Positions 46,793-56,554 of a stretch of DNA of 64,000 nucleotides are shown here, piece by piece. A program made the translations under genes and the position numbers. The stretch spans positions 1 through 64,000 of IMG/VR virus record IMGVR_UViG_3300017731_002846, one strand, 5' to 3'. Each line of letters begins with the position of its first letter. Position 1 is the stretch's first letter. The notes under the pieces are model-generated. The model searched no databases. It was given only the letters and a program-made list of their open reading frames with translations, and was not told the origin of the DNA. This stretch comes from a virus.

Positions 46793-47917
46793 CTATTGCC
46801 CCTTAGTAATTTCTTGTTCGCCATCTTGGCTCACAATACTTGTTTGAGATCTAGCGGCTTCATATAATGCATTATAGTTTTTTGTAACCTTCTTGTATCT
46901 CCCGCGAGTGATTTCACGAAGAGATTCTTCAGTGATCCTACTAGGGCCTTCATCCTCAAACAACTTAAGTATTGCAAGATCTTTAAGAGTTACATCAACT
47001 TCCCATTTAATTTGATACCCAAAATCAGGAATAGCCTGAGAGAGTTCGGGGGCAAATGCCCTTGGCTGATCTGCACTTTTAGACTCTGTCCAAGTAAATA
47101 CAGGTACAACCCCATGCCAAGTTTCATGAAAAGCTCCAATATTAATTTTTTGCTCGACTATAGAGCCGTCAATCTTAGATGGATTGAGAGCATCAAATAA
47201 ATTATTATAAGCCAATGGAAAACCAAAGTCATGTTCTTCGTAACAATAAATATGCAAGTATTTAAACAAATTAAATGCTGACCAAGAACCATGATCTGCA
47301 TTTTTTAATACAAGCCTCCTTTGAGCCGAAGGGTCAAGCTCTTTAAAGTTACCATAAAAACGATCAGTAAAATCGCAATAAGCATCGTGATCCTCTTTGC
47401 TAGGTTGGGAATTTAAATGCAAAGATATTGGCGCGGAAATATTTTCTTGAGCGCCTATTTCATCAAGGAACCAGGAATAAAAATTAATCTCTTTGATCGA
47501 TTTTTCAACCACCGAGTCGTCGTCGTCAATTAATTTACAGAATTTATCAGGCTGAATAGACAAAGAAACCCCTTTGGTTACAGCCGTCCTGCCGATCTCT
47601 TTAATTGCATTTAAAAGTTCACCATGTTCTGGCAAATCTGTGATAGATAAATCAGATGAAGGATCAGAAAGAATACCAAATACGGATGTATTTAATCGAT
47701 AATGATCGATTCCACTATCTCGGCAGAAATCAATAATCTTAACAGTAAGATTTAAATTACTTAAAATCTCGTCTTTTAATTTCTTGAGGGCAGCTTGATC
47801 ACCCTGCTGCGAAGACAGCTCGGTGTAAGCTTTGCGGGTCATGCCCACAAAAGTGTTTGCCGGATCCTCTTGCTCGAGGATTTTTGAAGTGCAGACTAGT
47901 CCGTATTTGGTATTCAT
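46793..47917 (-). CDS. UvsE-fold protein with degenerate metal ligands (probable pseudo-enzyme)
   Basis: Colinear with uvsE 13022-14041 but most active-site residues are substituted. Confidence 0.8.
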   Translation of the reverse strand: MNTKYGLVCTSKILEQEDPANTFVGMTRKAYTELSSQQGDQAALKKLKDEILSNLNLTVKIIDFCRDSGIDHYRLNTSVFGILSDPSSDLSITDLPEHGELLNAIKEIGRTAVTKGVSLSIQPDKFCKLIDDDDSVVEKSIKEINFYSWFLDEIGAQENISAPISLHLNSQPSKEDHDAYCDFTDRFYGNFKELDPSAQRRLVLKNADHGSWSAFNLFKYLHIYCYEEHDFGFPLAYNNLFDALNPSKIDGSIVEQKINIGAFHETWHGVVPVFTWTESKSADQPRAFAPELSQAIPDFGYQIKWEVDVTLKDLAILKLFEDEGPSRITEESLREITRGRYKKVTKNYNALYEAARSQTSIVSQDGEQEITKGQ

Positions 47918-47931
47918 TAAATCCTTATATA

Positions 47932-48201
47932 TTAGATAAGATCAACTTCTTCGACTTCTTCAACTTCTTCAGCAACCTTGCCAGAAGACTTAGATCCACC
48001 TTGATCCTGATCTTTTTGCTTATAGATCCGAAAGTCAGGAGCCTTAGGATTATCATCCTTAAACTTATTCTTAAAAAGAATAACTTTCTCTCCATTAACT
48101 TGACCGGTCAGGTACTTCTCATTGGAACCCTGCTTGACGTTTACCCAAAGTGCACCCATTTCTCGGTTGCTCCACTCTTTATTTTCAGTATTTTCACTCA
48201 T
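47932..48201 (-). CDS. small DUF736-like putative ssDNA-binding protein
   Basis: GALW...YLTG...LFKN...APDFRIY; acidic tail. Confidence 0.6.
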   Translation of the reverse strand: MSENTENKEWSNREMGALWVNVKQGSNEKYLTGQVNGEKVILFKNKFKDDNPKAPDFRIYKQKDQDQGGSKSSGKVAEEVEEVEEVDLI

Positions 48202-48316
48202 AATTTATTATATAGTATATTAATATTTAATTTAAAATTTTCTAAGTTCACCAGTATTTTTACAAAGTATATATGCCGCAAATAGCATAATTATTATTTT
48301 GATTATTATCATGTCT

Positions 48317-48853
48317 TTATCTGTATTGTTTTCTTAGTAGTCGCCAGCGATCAGAATCTATAGGTTTGCTGCCATTATCTATAGCATACAACATATCTAT
48401 GATTTCGTCAAGCGAATTATAAATATATTTATGTGGCATCATACCAAGCATCCATAGTGGGGTCTTTGCTTTGCCGCCTTCCATGCTAATAAAGATTGGC
48501 TTTTTCATGCGTACTGCCGTTACAATTTCTTCACCGCTACCCCAACTTGCAACCTCTGGAACAAGATGAGCAATAATAAAGTCACTGCGATCAACAAGGT
48601 TCAAATCATATGAACGAACGGTCTTCATTTTCTCCGCAACACGATCATATTGCTTGGTCTTCATCCAAGTTTCCATCTCGATGCGAGAAGCTTCATCCTC
48701 TTCTACATCCTTAATAAAAGGTTTTTCGTAGGGATTAAAGCAAGTAATATTAAGGTCCGAAAGTTTTTCGGTTACTTCTTGCCGCCAATCTCGGCCACTC
48801 AAATACTGCATGTGGCCAACTAAATATGTTTTTGTTTTATATAAGAGATTCAT
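48317..48853 (-). CDS. nucleoside 2-deoxyribosyltransferase-like protein
   Basis: YLVGHM, WR, FNP, DLNLVDRSD, GSGEE. Confidence 0.75.
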   Translation of the reverse strand: MNLLYKTKTYLVGHMQYLSGRDWRQEVTEKLSDLNITCFNPYEKPFIKDVEEDEASRIEMETWMKTKQYDRVAEKMKTVRSYDLNLVDRSDFIIAHLVPEVASWGSGEEIVTAVRMKKPIFISMEGGKAKTPLWMLGMMPHKYIYNSLDEIIDMLYAIDNGSKPIDSDRWRLLRKQYR

Positions 48854-48895
48854 CTTGCCATATAATATAGCAAAAATGAATTAAGTTGTCAAGTA

Positions 48896-49141
48896 TTAAT
48901 TATTATTTAAACTTTCTAATATAACTTTTAAATCATCTGCATCAGAGCAAGCATCAATGTCCTCTTGGATTTTATTATATTTAACACGAATTTCTGCACG
49001 AGATTTTTCCGCTTCAGCCGCATCATTCCCGGGAATTTGCTTCATAATGATAGCATCATATGGTTCGAATTCTTTTTCCCTTTCCACACGTCGAGAAGAG
49101 TGAACAATTTCTTTCGCTTTGTTTAAATTAATTTTTATCAT
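48896..49141 (-). CDS. tail-fibre-associated small protein
   Basis: MIKINLNKAKEIVH..RR; position next to the fibre gene. Confidence 0.65.
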   Translation of the reverse strand: MIKINLNKAKEIVHSSRRVEREKEFEPYDAIIMKQIPGNDAAEAEKSRAEIRVKYNKIQEDIDACSDADDLKVILESLNNN

Positions 49142-49949
49142 CGGTAACCTCCTCAGTTTCTGCCACAACATGTCCCCTTCGGCTTTCTGGGGGTAATTTA
49201 TTAAATAATTGAAGTAATTTTTGCTGGTGTGTGCTGACCGCAGCCTGTGATTCAGCAACTAAAGAATTTGCATCAACAATAGAAAATTTAACTTGATTTA
49301 TTTTATTATTCTGATTGTTTAATTTTTCAACGAATTGATCGGATTCTAACCTGGCATTTGCTGCCTCTGTTTTATTATTAAATAATTTATCTTGGGCTTT
49401 GAATGCATTTTTTGAGATCTTTCGAAGGTCAACGGCGGATTGTTTTTCCTCTTCGCTAGCTTCCTCTCCTTTATCTGCTACAATTTTCTCTGCATTTTCG
49501 GCGGCCAACTTTTTCTCTTTCCAATCAGACTTAGCAGCAAAAGCAGAATCCTTGGTGCCTGCCCATACTTTTTCTTTTTCGGTGGCTAAATTATTTAAGC
49601 TGGCATGTTCAGCAGAAAGCTCTTCTAGTTCTGTCTCTAAGGCTTTTAAATTATTTTCAAAAGATTCTAATTGTTCTTGGCGGCTAGATAAAAGTTGTTT
49701 ACTATTAGATAGTAATTGTTTTGCGTTCGTTTCTCCACCGATGCCGTCATTTAAGTCGGATTCTTCAATGTCCCAAGCCGCACGGAATACACGATCCTGC
49801 GGAAGCTCCTCGGTTGTACCGACCCTGTATAGCACACCAAATGGCAACATTTTTTGAGCTTGTTCATGCACCCCTTCAACATCCAAAGAATCAACAAAAT
49901 GAGTGATATGTAAATTGCCTTCTTGTTTATATATTAAAATGTTTTTCAT
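49128..49949 (-). CDS. tail-fibre-assembly-like domain plus long coiled coil
   Basis: LPQDRVFRAAW followed by about 190 aa of heptad-like sequence. Confidence 0.6.
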   Translation of the reverse strand: MKNILIYKQEGNLHITHFVDSLDVEGVHEQAQKMLPFGVLYRVGTTEELPQDRVFRAAWDIEESDLNDGIGGETNAKQLLSNSKQLLSSRQEQLESFENNLKALETELEELSAEHASLNNLATEKEKVWAGTKDSAFAAKSDWKEKKLAAENAEKIVADKGEEASEEEKQSAVDLRKISKNAFKAQDKLFNNKTEAANARLESDQFVEKLNNQNNKINQVKFSIVDANSLVAESQAAVSTHQQKLLQLFNKLPPESRRGHVVAETEEVTDDKN

Positions 49950-49961
49950 GACTCTTGAGCG

Positions 49962-52900
49962 TTAATGAATGACTACAGAAACTTTCTGATCAGCTGCTTG
50001 ATTCGGGAACGTTCCGGCATCTCTACCCACTAGTATATCAACCTTTGTGGATGTGGCATTTCTATAACATGGATCGAACGGGGCAGTGGCCAATTCAATA
50101 CCAATAGTTACCACAGGGTTTGGGGTTGAGTTCGTATAGTTGACAGTATAATCGCCTGTGCCATTATCCGTTATACTTGCTACATTATAACTATTTGTTA
50201 TGCTTGCAGTTAAATCTGCGCTGGCTCCATCAAATGCCACATAGGCACGTGGCCCGCCGCCAGTGCTATCGAAGTACCCATCTAGCCGGACCGCAGCCAC
50301 GTTATTAAAGCTCAAGTATATCCCTCTATCGCCAGCATTATTTGTAAATACCGGAGCAATTAATTGTTTAGAATTTGGATGACGAGGGCGGTTATATGTA
50401 GTTGAAGCTTGGTCCTCGACTAATTGAAGGGAGCCTAGATATGAACCGTCTAACTCTTGTTTTTGTGATGCATAAAGAGATGCAGTGGTCCAGGAATCGT
50501 TGGTTCTAGCCCAAAAGACCACCGACGATGCAGTGTCAGGTATACCCATGGCGGTCGTGGTGGTAAACCCGGAGCTAAGTGTTACCTGACTATCTAGGAA
50601 AATTGGCCCGCCGCCGGAACCTCCTCCGCCATTTGTTTGCACCCAACCAGTTCCATCTATATAAACATAAAGCTTGCCGACCGATTCATTGAACCACAAA
50701 TCTCCATCTGATGGGTTAGTTGGAGCCACCGTACCTGTTGAGACATTTGTGCCGCCGCTACCGCCGCTGACAGCTTTCATATGACCGATAATTCTTAACC
50801 AATTTTTATTGAGTGTTGAAATAAATATACCTCTCGTTCCAGCGCCTGTTTCTTGCACCGGAACCAGATATTCTGAAGTCTCATATACATTGCCACCCCC
50901 GTCGCCAGCACCTCTTCCAGAATAATGAACCAATTGATCAGTCCAACCAGTTGCCGTATCTGAACCTGTATGTGTTTTGTGTGTTTTAAAATGTGCATAT
51001 TCCTGCCAGCCCAAAGAAAGATGCTGAAAAGATATATGCAAATATTCAATGTCTGAATCCGTTACTTCGTAAAATCCATCTGCTAAATCTTCATGAGGCC
51101 AGACTTGCGTTAATTCAGTGCCGCCGCCAGTGCCGCCGCCAGTGCCGCCGCCATTGGTTTGAACCCATCCAGTGCCACTTATATAAACATAGAGCTCACC
51201 TGTTGTTTCATTGAACCATAAATCGCCCTCCGATGCCCCAGTTGGAGCAGGCTCTGTTGAGACTATTACACTTGAGCCGCCACCTGGAACAGGCGCCCAG
51301 TTTCCGTCGGCACGTAAATATTCGCCGCCAGAAACTTCAAGAGCAGTTGGGCCAGGAACCAATCCTTTTGTGTCTTGAGAAAAAACCTCAGTCTTTACTT
51401 TAATGGCCAGCTCATTAATTTTATTGCGAATATCCTCTAATGTGATTTCAAGACCCGGGCCTGGAATAGTACCAACTCCGCCAGGAGAAGCAGGAGAGCC
51501 ATCATCAACATCCTCGCCAAAAACAATTATAGAGCCAGTCATCGCATTTGGATGATTGTCGCATTGATATGTATAGTTGCCAGCACCAACACCAGCCAGT
51601 TTGATGATATGCCGACCCTCTCCTCGTCCGTGGTTTAGGTAATGGTCTGCTCCCCATACACCTTTTGTGTCGGTTCCTCCGCCGCTAAGATAAGCTGCAT
51701 AAGCAGCAGTTAAATCTGCATGATTATCGACATATGAATCATAATTATCCGAACGTAATACTGCAGTAAATAAATCGTTGTCATTATAAATATAAATCGG
51801 ATGATTAATGATCGAGTCCGTATGATTGATGTATTCTGCAGTGCCATCAACAAAATCAGCAACATCATTCATTGTAGGATATGTCCCTGGATCGTTTAAG
51901 AAAAAGTCTTCTTGGCCAGTAGTTGCGCCACGTAGAAGCAAAACTCCATAAAGTTCCTGAATTTTAGAAGCATCAGGAGTGGATGCTAAAAATGTACTAG
52001 TAAAAGCTGCCTTGCTTCGATAATCAGCTATATAAAAATCATCGCCTGTGCGAAGATAAAGAGTCGAGTCGCTTGCAGCTGAAGGGCTATCTACTTCAGT
52101 CAGCAACTTCGACCAATCGTTTGGATCAAGCGTCACATCTTTATACCATAAATAGGCACCAAAAGAAGGGTCGTTGGTAATCAAATAAGCACCTTCAGTA
52201 TCATGAGAAGAAATAGAAAGACCTTCATCCCTCCATGCAGGAGCCCCAGCACCATCAGTCTTCCATACCTTGTTAAGATTACCAGCACCAGCCGCTACCA
52301 CCCCATGTTTGTCGACTGAATTTGGAAAACTAGAGAGAGGGTAAAAATTGTTGTCGGCCGCTAACAGTTCAAGGTCGGTAATTTCTTGCGAATCAGGAGC
52401 ACGAACGAGGCCAGATACTCCTACTGAGAATAAATTAGCACCGCCGGGTAAAACTGCCCAGTTGCCGTCTGCAGCAAGATATCGATCATCCGCTGTGGTG
52501 GAGGCTGGTACAAGACCAGAAGCTGTAGTGCTAAATAGATCGTATGTCGCATTTTCATCATCTCTCCATGCAGGAGCCCCAGCACCATCAGTCTTCCATA
52601 CCTTGTTAAGATTACCAGCACCAGCCGCTACCACCCCATGTTTATCGACTGAATTTGGAAAACTGGAGAGAGGGTAAAAATTGTTGTCGGCCGCTAACAG
52701 TTCAAGGCCGGTACTTTCTTGCGAATCAGGAGCACGAACGAGGCCAGATACTCCTACTGAGAATAAATTATTTACTGTATCTTCATCTTCTCTCCAGCCG
52801 GGTACTCCAGCATTATCAGTCTTCCATACTTTATTAACTTGTCCAGCGCTAGAGGGTACAATGCCTGAGACAGTATCAGTGTTAACTGGCAATAAATCAA

Positions 52901-53027
52901 ACAAATTAGAAATACTAAACCTATATGTGTCCCCACCATCAAAATCGCAAACAGCTAACACATCGTTTGTTGTTATTGTGCTTATAGGATCTGGAAGATC
53001 TATCTCTCTAATTGTTTTAAATGACAT
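49962..53027 (-). CDS. modular tail fibre / receptor-binding protein
   Basis: Gly-rich linkers, GDLWFN repeats, C-terminal AYVAFDG..SITDNGTGDYTVN. Confidence 0.85.
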   Translation of the reverse strand: MSFKTIREIDLPDPISTITTNDVLAVCDFDGGDTYRFSISNLFDLLPVNTDTVSGIVPSSAGQVNKVWKTDNAGVPGWREDEDTVNNLFSVGVSGLVRAPDSQESTGLELLAADNNFYPLSSFPNSVDKHGVVAAGAGNLNKVWKTDGAGAPAWRDDENATYDLFSTTASGLVPASTTADDRYLAADGNWAVLPGGANLFSVGVSGLVRAPDSQEITDLELLAADNNFYPLSSFPNSVDKHGVVAAGAGNLNKVWKTDGAGAPAWRDEGLSISSHDTEGAYLITNDPSFGAYLWYKDVTLDPNDWSKLLTEVDSPSAASDSTLYLRTGDDFYIADYRSKAAFTSTFLASTPDASKIQELYGVLLLRGATTGQEDFFLNDPGTYPTMNDVADFVDGTAEYINHTDSIINHPIYIYNDNDLFTAVLRSDNYDSYVDNHADLTAAYAAYLSGGGTDTKGVWGADHYLNHGRGEGRHIIKLAGVGAGNYTYQCDNHPNAMTGSIIVFGEDVDDGSPASPGGVGTIPGPGLEITLEDIRNKINELAIKVKTEVFSQDTKGLVPGPTALEVSGGEYLRADGNWAPVPGGGSSVIVSTEPAPTGASEGDLWFNETTGELYVYISGTGWVQTNGGGTGGGTGGGTELTQVWPHEDLADGFYEVTDSDIEYLHISFQHLSLGWQEYAHFKTHKTHTGSDTATGWTDQLVHYSGRGAGDGGGNVYETSEYLVPVQETGAGTRGIFISTLNKNWLRIIGHMKAVSGGSGGTNVSTGTVAPTNPSDGDLWFNESVGKLYVYIDGTGWVQTNGGGGSGGGPIFLDSQVTLSSGFTTTTAMGIPDTASSVVFWARTNDSWTTASLYASQKQELDGSYLGSLQLVEDQASTTYNRPRHPNSKQLIAPVFTNNAGDRGIYLSFNNVAAVRLDGYFDSTGGGPRAYVAFDGASADLTASITNSYNVASITDNGTGDYTVNYTNSTPNPVVTIGIELATAPFDPCYRNATSTKVDILVGRDAGTFPNQAADQKVSVVIH
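52231..52770. repeat. 207-nt direct repeat, 333-nt period
   Basis: 52231-52437 vs 52564-52770, 4 mismatches by eye. Confidence 0.92.
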
Positions 53028-53069
53028 TATGTTTATTGTTCTTCGGTATATTTATATACACATGAATAG

Positions 53070-53846
53070 TTACAGTTCATAGATTAAAATAGTTACTATA
53101 CCTGTGTCGACATTGGTTCCATCTGTTAGTTTAATATTTAAGTCCAACTTATTGGCTGATTTTGTTATATGTAGATTTGCGAAATCACTAGTATTACAAA
53201 TAGATGCAATAACCTGATAGTCATTAATTGAAGCGAAAGCGCTGAAATTAAATCCTACTCTATAAAAACCGCTACTGATCTTATTTACAGCGAAACCCGA
53301 GCTACCCCTTACAGTAGGTGATGCAGATAAGGTAAAATCTATTCCATACTTTGGGGATAAAGAATTACTAATTTGTCCATCTATATTTACATCTCCATGG
53401 ATATCGACCACTCCGTTATCCATCTCAACAAAAGTGTCGTTTTGCAGTTCACCAACAATCAGTTCATCTGTTAAGTGGCCAGATATTCCATCAATATCTT
53501 GATAGTATCCACTAACACCGCTAACCAGTTGTTGATTATAATCATAAATAAAATTTTCAGAACCAACAAGAGATGAACCGCTGACGAACTGAATATATTG
53601 ATCCCCAACAAGATTAGATGCCGCCCCTCCACGAGGCTCACCAAGTTCAGCTATTTTAGACCAATCAGTGTTGTTATTCTCTCCGGTTTTTTCGTATAAA
53701 AAATTAGTAGAAAGATCTAAAAACTTAGAACCCCGCATGCCGGCCGCTTTTAAACTCTTACCTTGACCAGTAGGCGGAGCAAAGTCAGAAATAAAAGGTT
53801 GACGTATACCTAAATTTGAGTTTACAAAATCTTCAAAAGCTCCCAT
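53070..53846 (-). CDS. putative virion/tail protein
   Basis: Context; beta-rich; SG motifs. Confidence 0.7.
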   Translation of the reverse strand: MGAFEDFVNSNLGIRQPFISDFAPPTGQGKSLKAAGMRGSKFLDLSTNFLYEKTGENNNTDWSKIAELGEPRGGAASNLVGDQYIQFVSGSSLVGSENFIYDYNQQLVSGVSGYYQDIDGISGHLTDELIVGELQNDTFVEMDNGVVDIHGDVNIDGQISNSLSPKYGIDFTLSASPTVRGSSGFAVNKISSGFYRVGFNFSAFASINDYQVIASICNTSDFANLHITKSANKLDLNIKLTDGTNVDTGIVTILIYEL

Positions 53847-53848
53847 AA

Positions 53849-56545
53849 TTAATCCTCTTTTATGATATATTTAGCTGGATTGTTTACATCAGCATTGGCT
53901 GCTCTAGATAATGCATCTAAATTAAATACATGGTCTCCATCATTGTCAACTACTCCACTACTGTTACAAATACAAAATTTATTGTCATGGTTGAATGAAA
54001 AATCTAATTGAACCCCTTCCGACAACTGCAAGAAACTGTATATAGTACCGCCATTAGGACCAGAGCCGCCTTCACTGACGTTCTCAAAGAAAACATTACT
54101 AGGGTTTGTAACTGTCGTGCCGATAGATGCTAATCCAGCGGCGAGACTATTAGGTGAGGCCAGGATTTCTCTTTGATTAAACCCAGATATTAAATAATTG
54201 GGATTAGTGAAAACAGTATTTGTTTCAATATTCGCTAAATTAAATGCAGAAACTTCCCAAAGAAACTGTCCTTTTTGGTCAATATCTTTCACGGTAATTC
54301 TAAAAGAATTTGAGCTCAATCCAGTGCCGCTATTTGTTTGAACCAATTGAGAAGCTGGGTTTTGAGATGAGTCGGTAGACAGTAAAGGTAATGCATTATA
54401 CGATTGATCGCTCACTAAGTTGAACAAATCAGAAAGACCCGCACTTGAACTAGACAGGCTCGAGGCAAGGTTGGTTATCGACAATTTTAACGGCTCGTTC
54501 GCTATTTTAATAACCGTCGATGTGCTAACTTTTAATCCATTACTATCTTTTATAGCAACTATTTTAAAATTATCACTATTAATATTGTAAGTGCCACTAT
54601 TATAATTGCATGTTTTAACTGCTTCAAATGTTGATGGGCTATTAATAGAAATTTCTTTTGTGCCTAATGTCGGGTCGATGTACGAAATGGAATCGTAATT
54701 GGATGCGGTGTGATTAACTGTGGCAGATTCGTTAAGTTTAATAGCTTGCTGGCCGGACGGGTAAGACACTGAAGATATGTTAACTGACGGTCCGATGTTA
54801 TTATTTAAAACAGTGTTCGATAAAGCTTCGTTGCCATCAATAGAGTATTGATTTTGAGCCTGTAATTTTACAGAAAGATTACCGTTCCTTGAACTGGTGA
54901 CAACTACCGGTACAGTGTAGCTATAAATGTCCCCATTAACCAAAGTGGAGTTGTAGCTAGCAAAAGAGGTTTGGGAACCATCTGCGAGTCCCTCGTTAAA
55001 GACTTTGATTTTAATTGAATTGTTGGTTTCACCTTGGGTATCAATTAAAGCAGTAACATTAACGGTGTCACCTCCTTTTAATTCAGACAAACCAATGTTA
55101 TGCCCGGAAGCAGAAGAAATAGCAGGAGTTGCGACAGACACACTATTAATAATAGGGGCGTTGGCCACTTTAATTGTCAAATCTTTTGAATCTGTAGCTC
55201 CATTTGCGCCACGAACTACTTTTATGTTTAAATTATCTTGATCCGCATGCACCCCATTGACATAAGAAACAGTTTTAGAGCTTTCGAAAACAGAAGGCAA
55301 GTTGATAGATATAGTCGAATTATTAACTACAGAAGCGGTATAAGAAATAACGTCAATAGAGTCATCAAAATTAGATACAGTATTATTAAAATTGGTTGAC
55401 TCCGTTTCCCTCAAGCCATCAGTCCTGCCATTATAGGAAGACGGAGAAGATGCAGAGATAATGGGGTAATCTTGATCTAGTAACCTAGAGTCATTGCTTC
55501 CTGCGAAATCTATATCAGATGTTTGATATATCCCAGTAGAACCCATATTGTTTGTAGCCCTTAATTTTATTCCTTGTTCGCCAACTCTATCAGAAACTGT
55601 AATTGGGATAGTTGCTCTTTTAATGGAGCCTCCTACATCAATAAAACTATAACTTGAAAAGGGTATAGCATTTGAAATCCCATAATCATCAACTGCGATT
55701 TGACTAGGGCTAGTCAATTCAGTATCAAATAAACTAGAGTCATAATCAATAAAAATATTTATAGAATCCCCAGCTTTTAATGCTGAAGATCCTAATTCTT
55801 CACCGTTTTTTGGTGTTGCATTATTAATAGTATCTATAGATATATTAGAAGCTGATGGCCCTGAACCTATTGTGATTAAATCAACAAGCCCAGTAAAGCC
55901 ATTAACAACTCCAGTAAGTTGAGTTGAGTCCTGAGCATTAAAATTATCTATATAACCTTCGAACCTTCTTGTTCCGGGCCCTAATTCCTGTATATTTGAT
56001 TTAGGTATTTCAATATTGTTAATATATCCAGTACCCATATAATCGTTATTCGGGCCATCCCAGCGAAGAGAAACCCTTAAATTGCTTGAAGATTCAACGA
56101 AAGAACCAGAAAGATGAGTACTTGGGGTCGGGGTATCGTAATATGTGGATATTTCTGCCCCATTATTATTAATAATAGAATTAAAAAAAACAAAAGAGCT
56201 GTCCGTATTACCACCAATAATGTTGATATTATTTATACTTTGTTCGAAGTAACCGCTCACATCGTTTAATTGATCAGCGAGGTCTGCGCCATCAATGTCG
56301 TCGATTTCTCCTTGAAGGTGACCGCTGATATCATTTAATTGATCAGCGAGGCCTGCGCCATCAATGCCGTCAATTTGATCCTGGAAATAACCGCTGAAGC
56401 CATCAAGGTTAAGGTCAGCCGTAATGGCATTTGATAAATCAGGAAAAGTTACTCTATAATTCTCGTCTAATGTGGCTACTAAAAAATTGTACCCTTCTTT
56501 AGGGGAAACCTTTTCCAAGTCAGTAATTTTCTTGCTCTGGGCCAT
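53849..56545 (-). CDS. large putative virion protein with Ig-like beta repeats
   Basis: KKITDL N-terminus; S/T/N-rich; 23-aa repeats. Confidence 0.75.
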   Translation of the reverse strand: MAQSKKITDLEKVSPKEGYNFLVATLDENYRVTFPDLSNAITADLNLDGFSGYFQDQIDGIDGAGLADQLNDISGHLQGEIDDIDGADLADQLNDVSGYFEQSINNINIIGGNTDSSFVFFNSIINNNGAEISTYYDTPTPSTHLSGSFVESSSNLRVSLRWDGPNNDYMGTGYINNIEIPKSNIQELGPGTRRFEGYIDNFNAQDSTQLTGVVNGFTGLVDLITIGSGPSASNISIDTINNATPKNGEELGSSALKAGDSINIFIDYDSSLFDTELTSPSQIAVDDYGISNAIPFSSYSFIDVGGSIKRATIPITVSDRVGEQGIKLRATNNMGSTGIYQTSDIDFAGSNDSRLLDQDYPIISASSPSSYNGRTDGLRETESTNFNNTVSNFDDSIDVISYTASVVNNSTISINLPSVFESSKTVSYVNGVHADQDNLNIKVVRGANGATDSKDLTIKVANAPIINSVSVATPAISSASGHNIGLSELKGGDTVNVTALIDTQGETNNSIKIKVFNEGLADGSQTSFASYNSTLVNGDIYSYTVPVVVTSSRNGNLSVKLQAQNQYSIDGNEALSNTVLNNNIGPSVNISSVSYPSGQQAIKLNESATVNHTASNYDSISYIDPTLGTKEISINSPSTFEAVKTCNYNSGTYNINSDNFKIVAIKDSNGLKVSTSTVIKIANEPLKLSITNLASSLSSSSAGLSDLFNLVSDQSYNALPLLSTDSSQNPASQLVQTNSGTGLSSNSFRITVKDIDQKGQFLWEVSAFNLANIETNTVFTNPNYLISGFNQREILASPNSLAAGLASIGTTVTNPSNVFFENVSEGGSGPNGGTIYSFLQLSEGVQLDFSFNHDNKFCICNSSGVVDNDGDHVFNLDALSRAANADVNNPAKYIIKED
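56252..56395. repeat. 69-nt (23-aa) tandem repeat
   Basis: ACCGCT at 56252, 56321 and 56390; unit SGYFQDQIDGIDGAGLADQLNDI. Confidence 0.85.
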
Positions 56546-56554
56546 AAGGCGAAA

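Noticed and set aside
39528-48853. DNA base hypermodification pathway
   Set aside because: dNMP kinase, dUTPase and the deoxyribosyltransferase-like gene are generic, and no hydroxymethylase, PurZ or Que-type genes are in the window; DNA as the sulfation target is not excluded but is unsupported
52231-52770. DGR template/variable repeat pair in the tail fibre
   Set aside because: The 4 mismatches are not adenine-specific, both copies are in frame near the N-terminus, and there is no reverse transcriptase in the window
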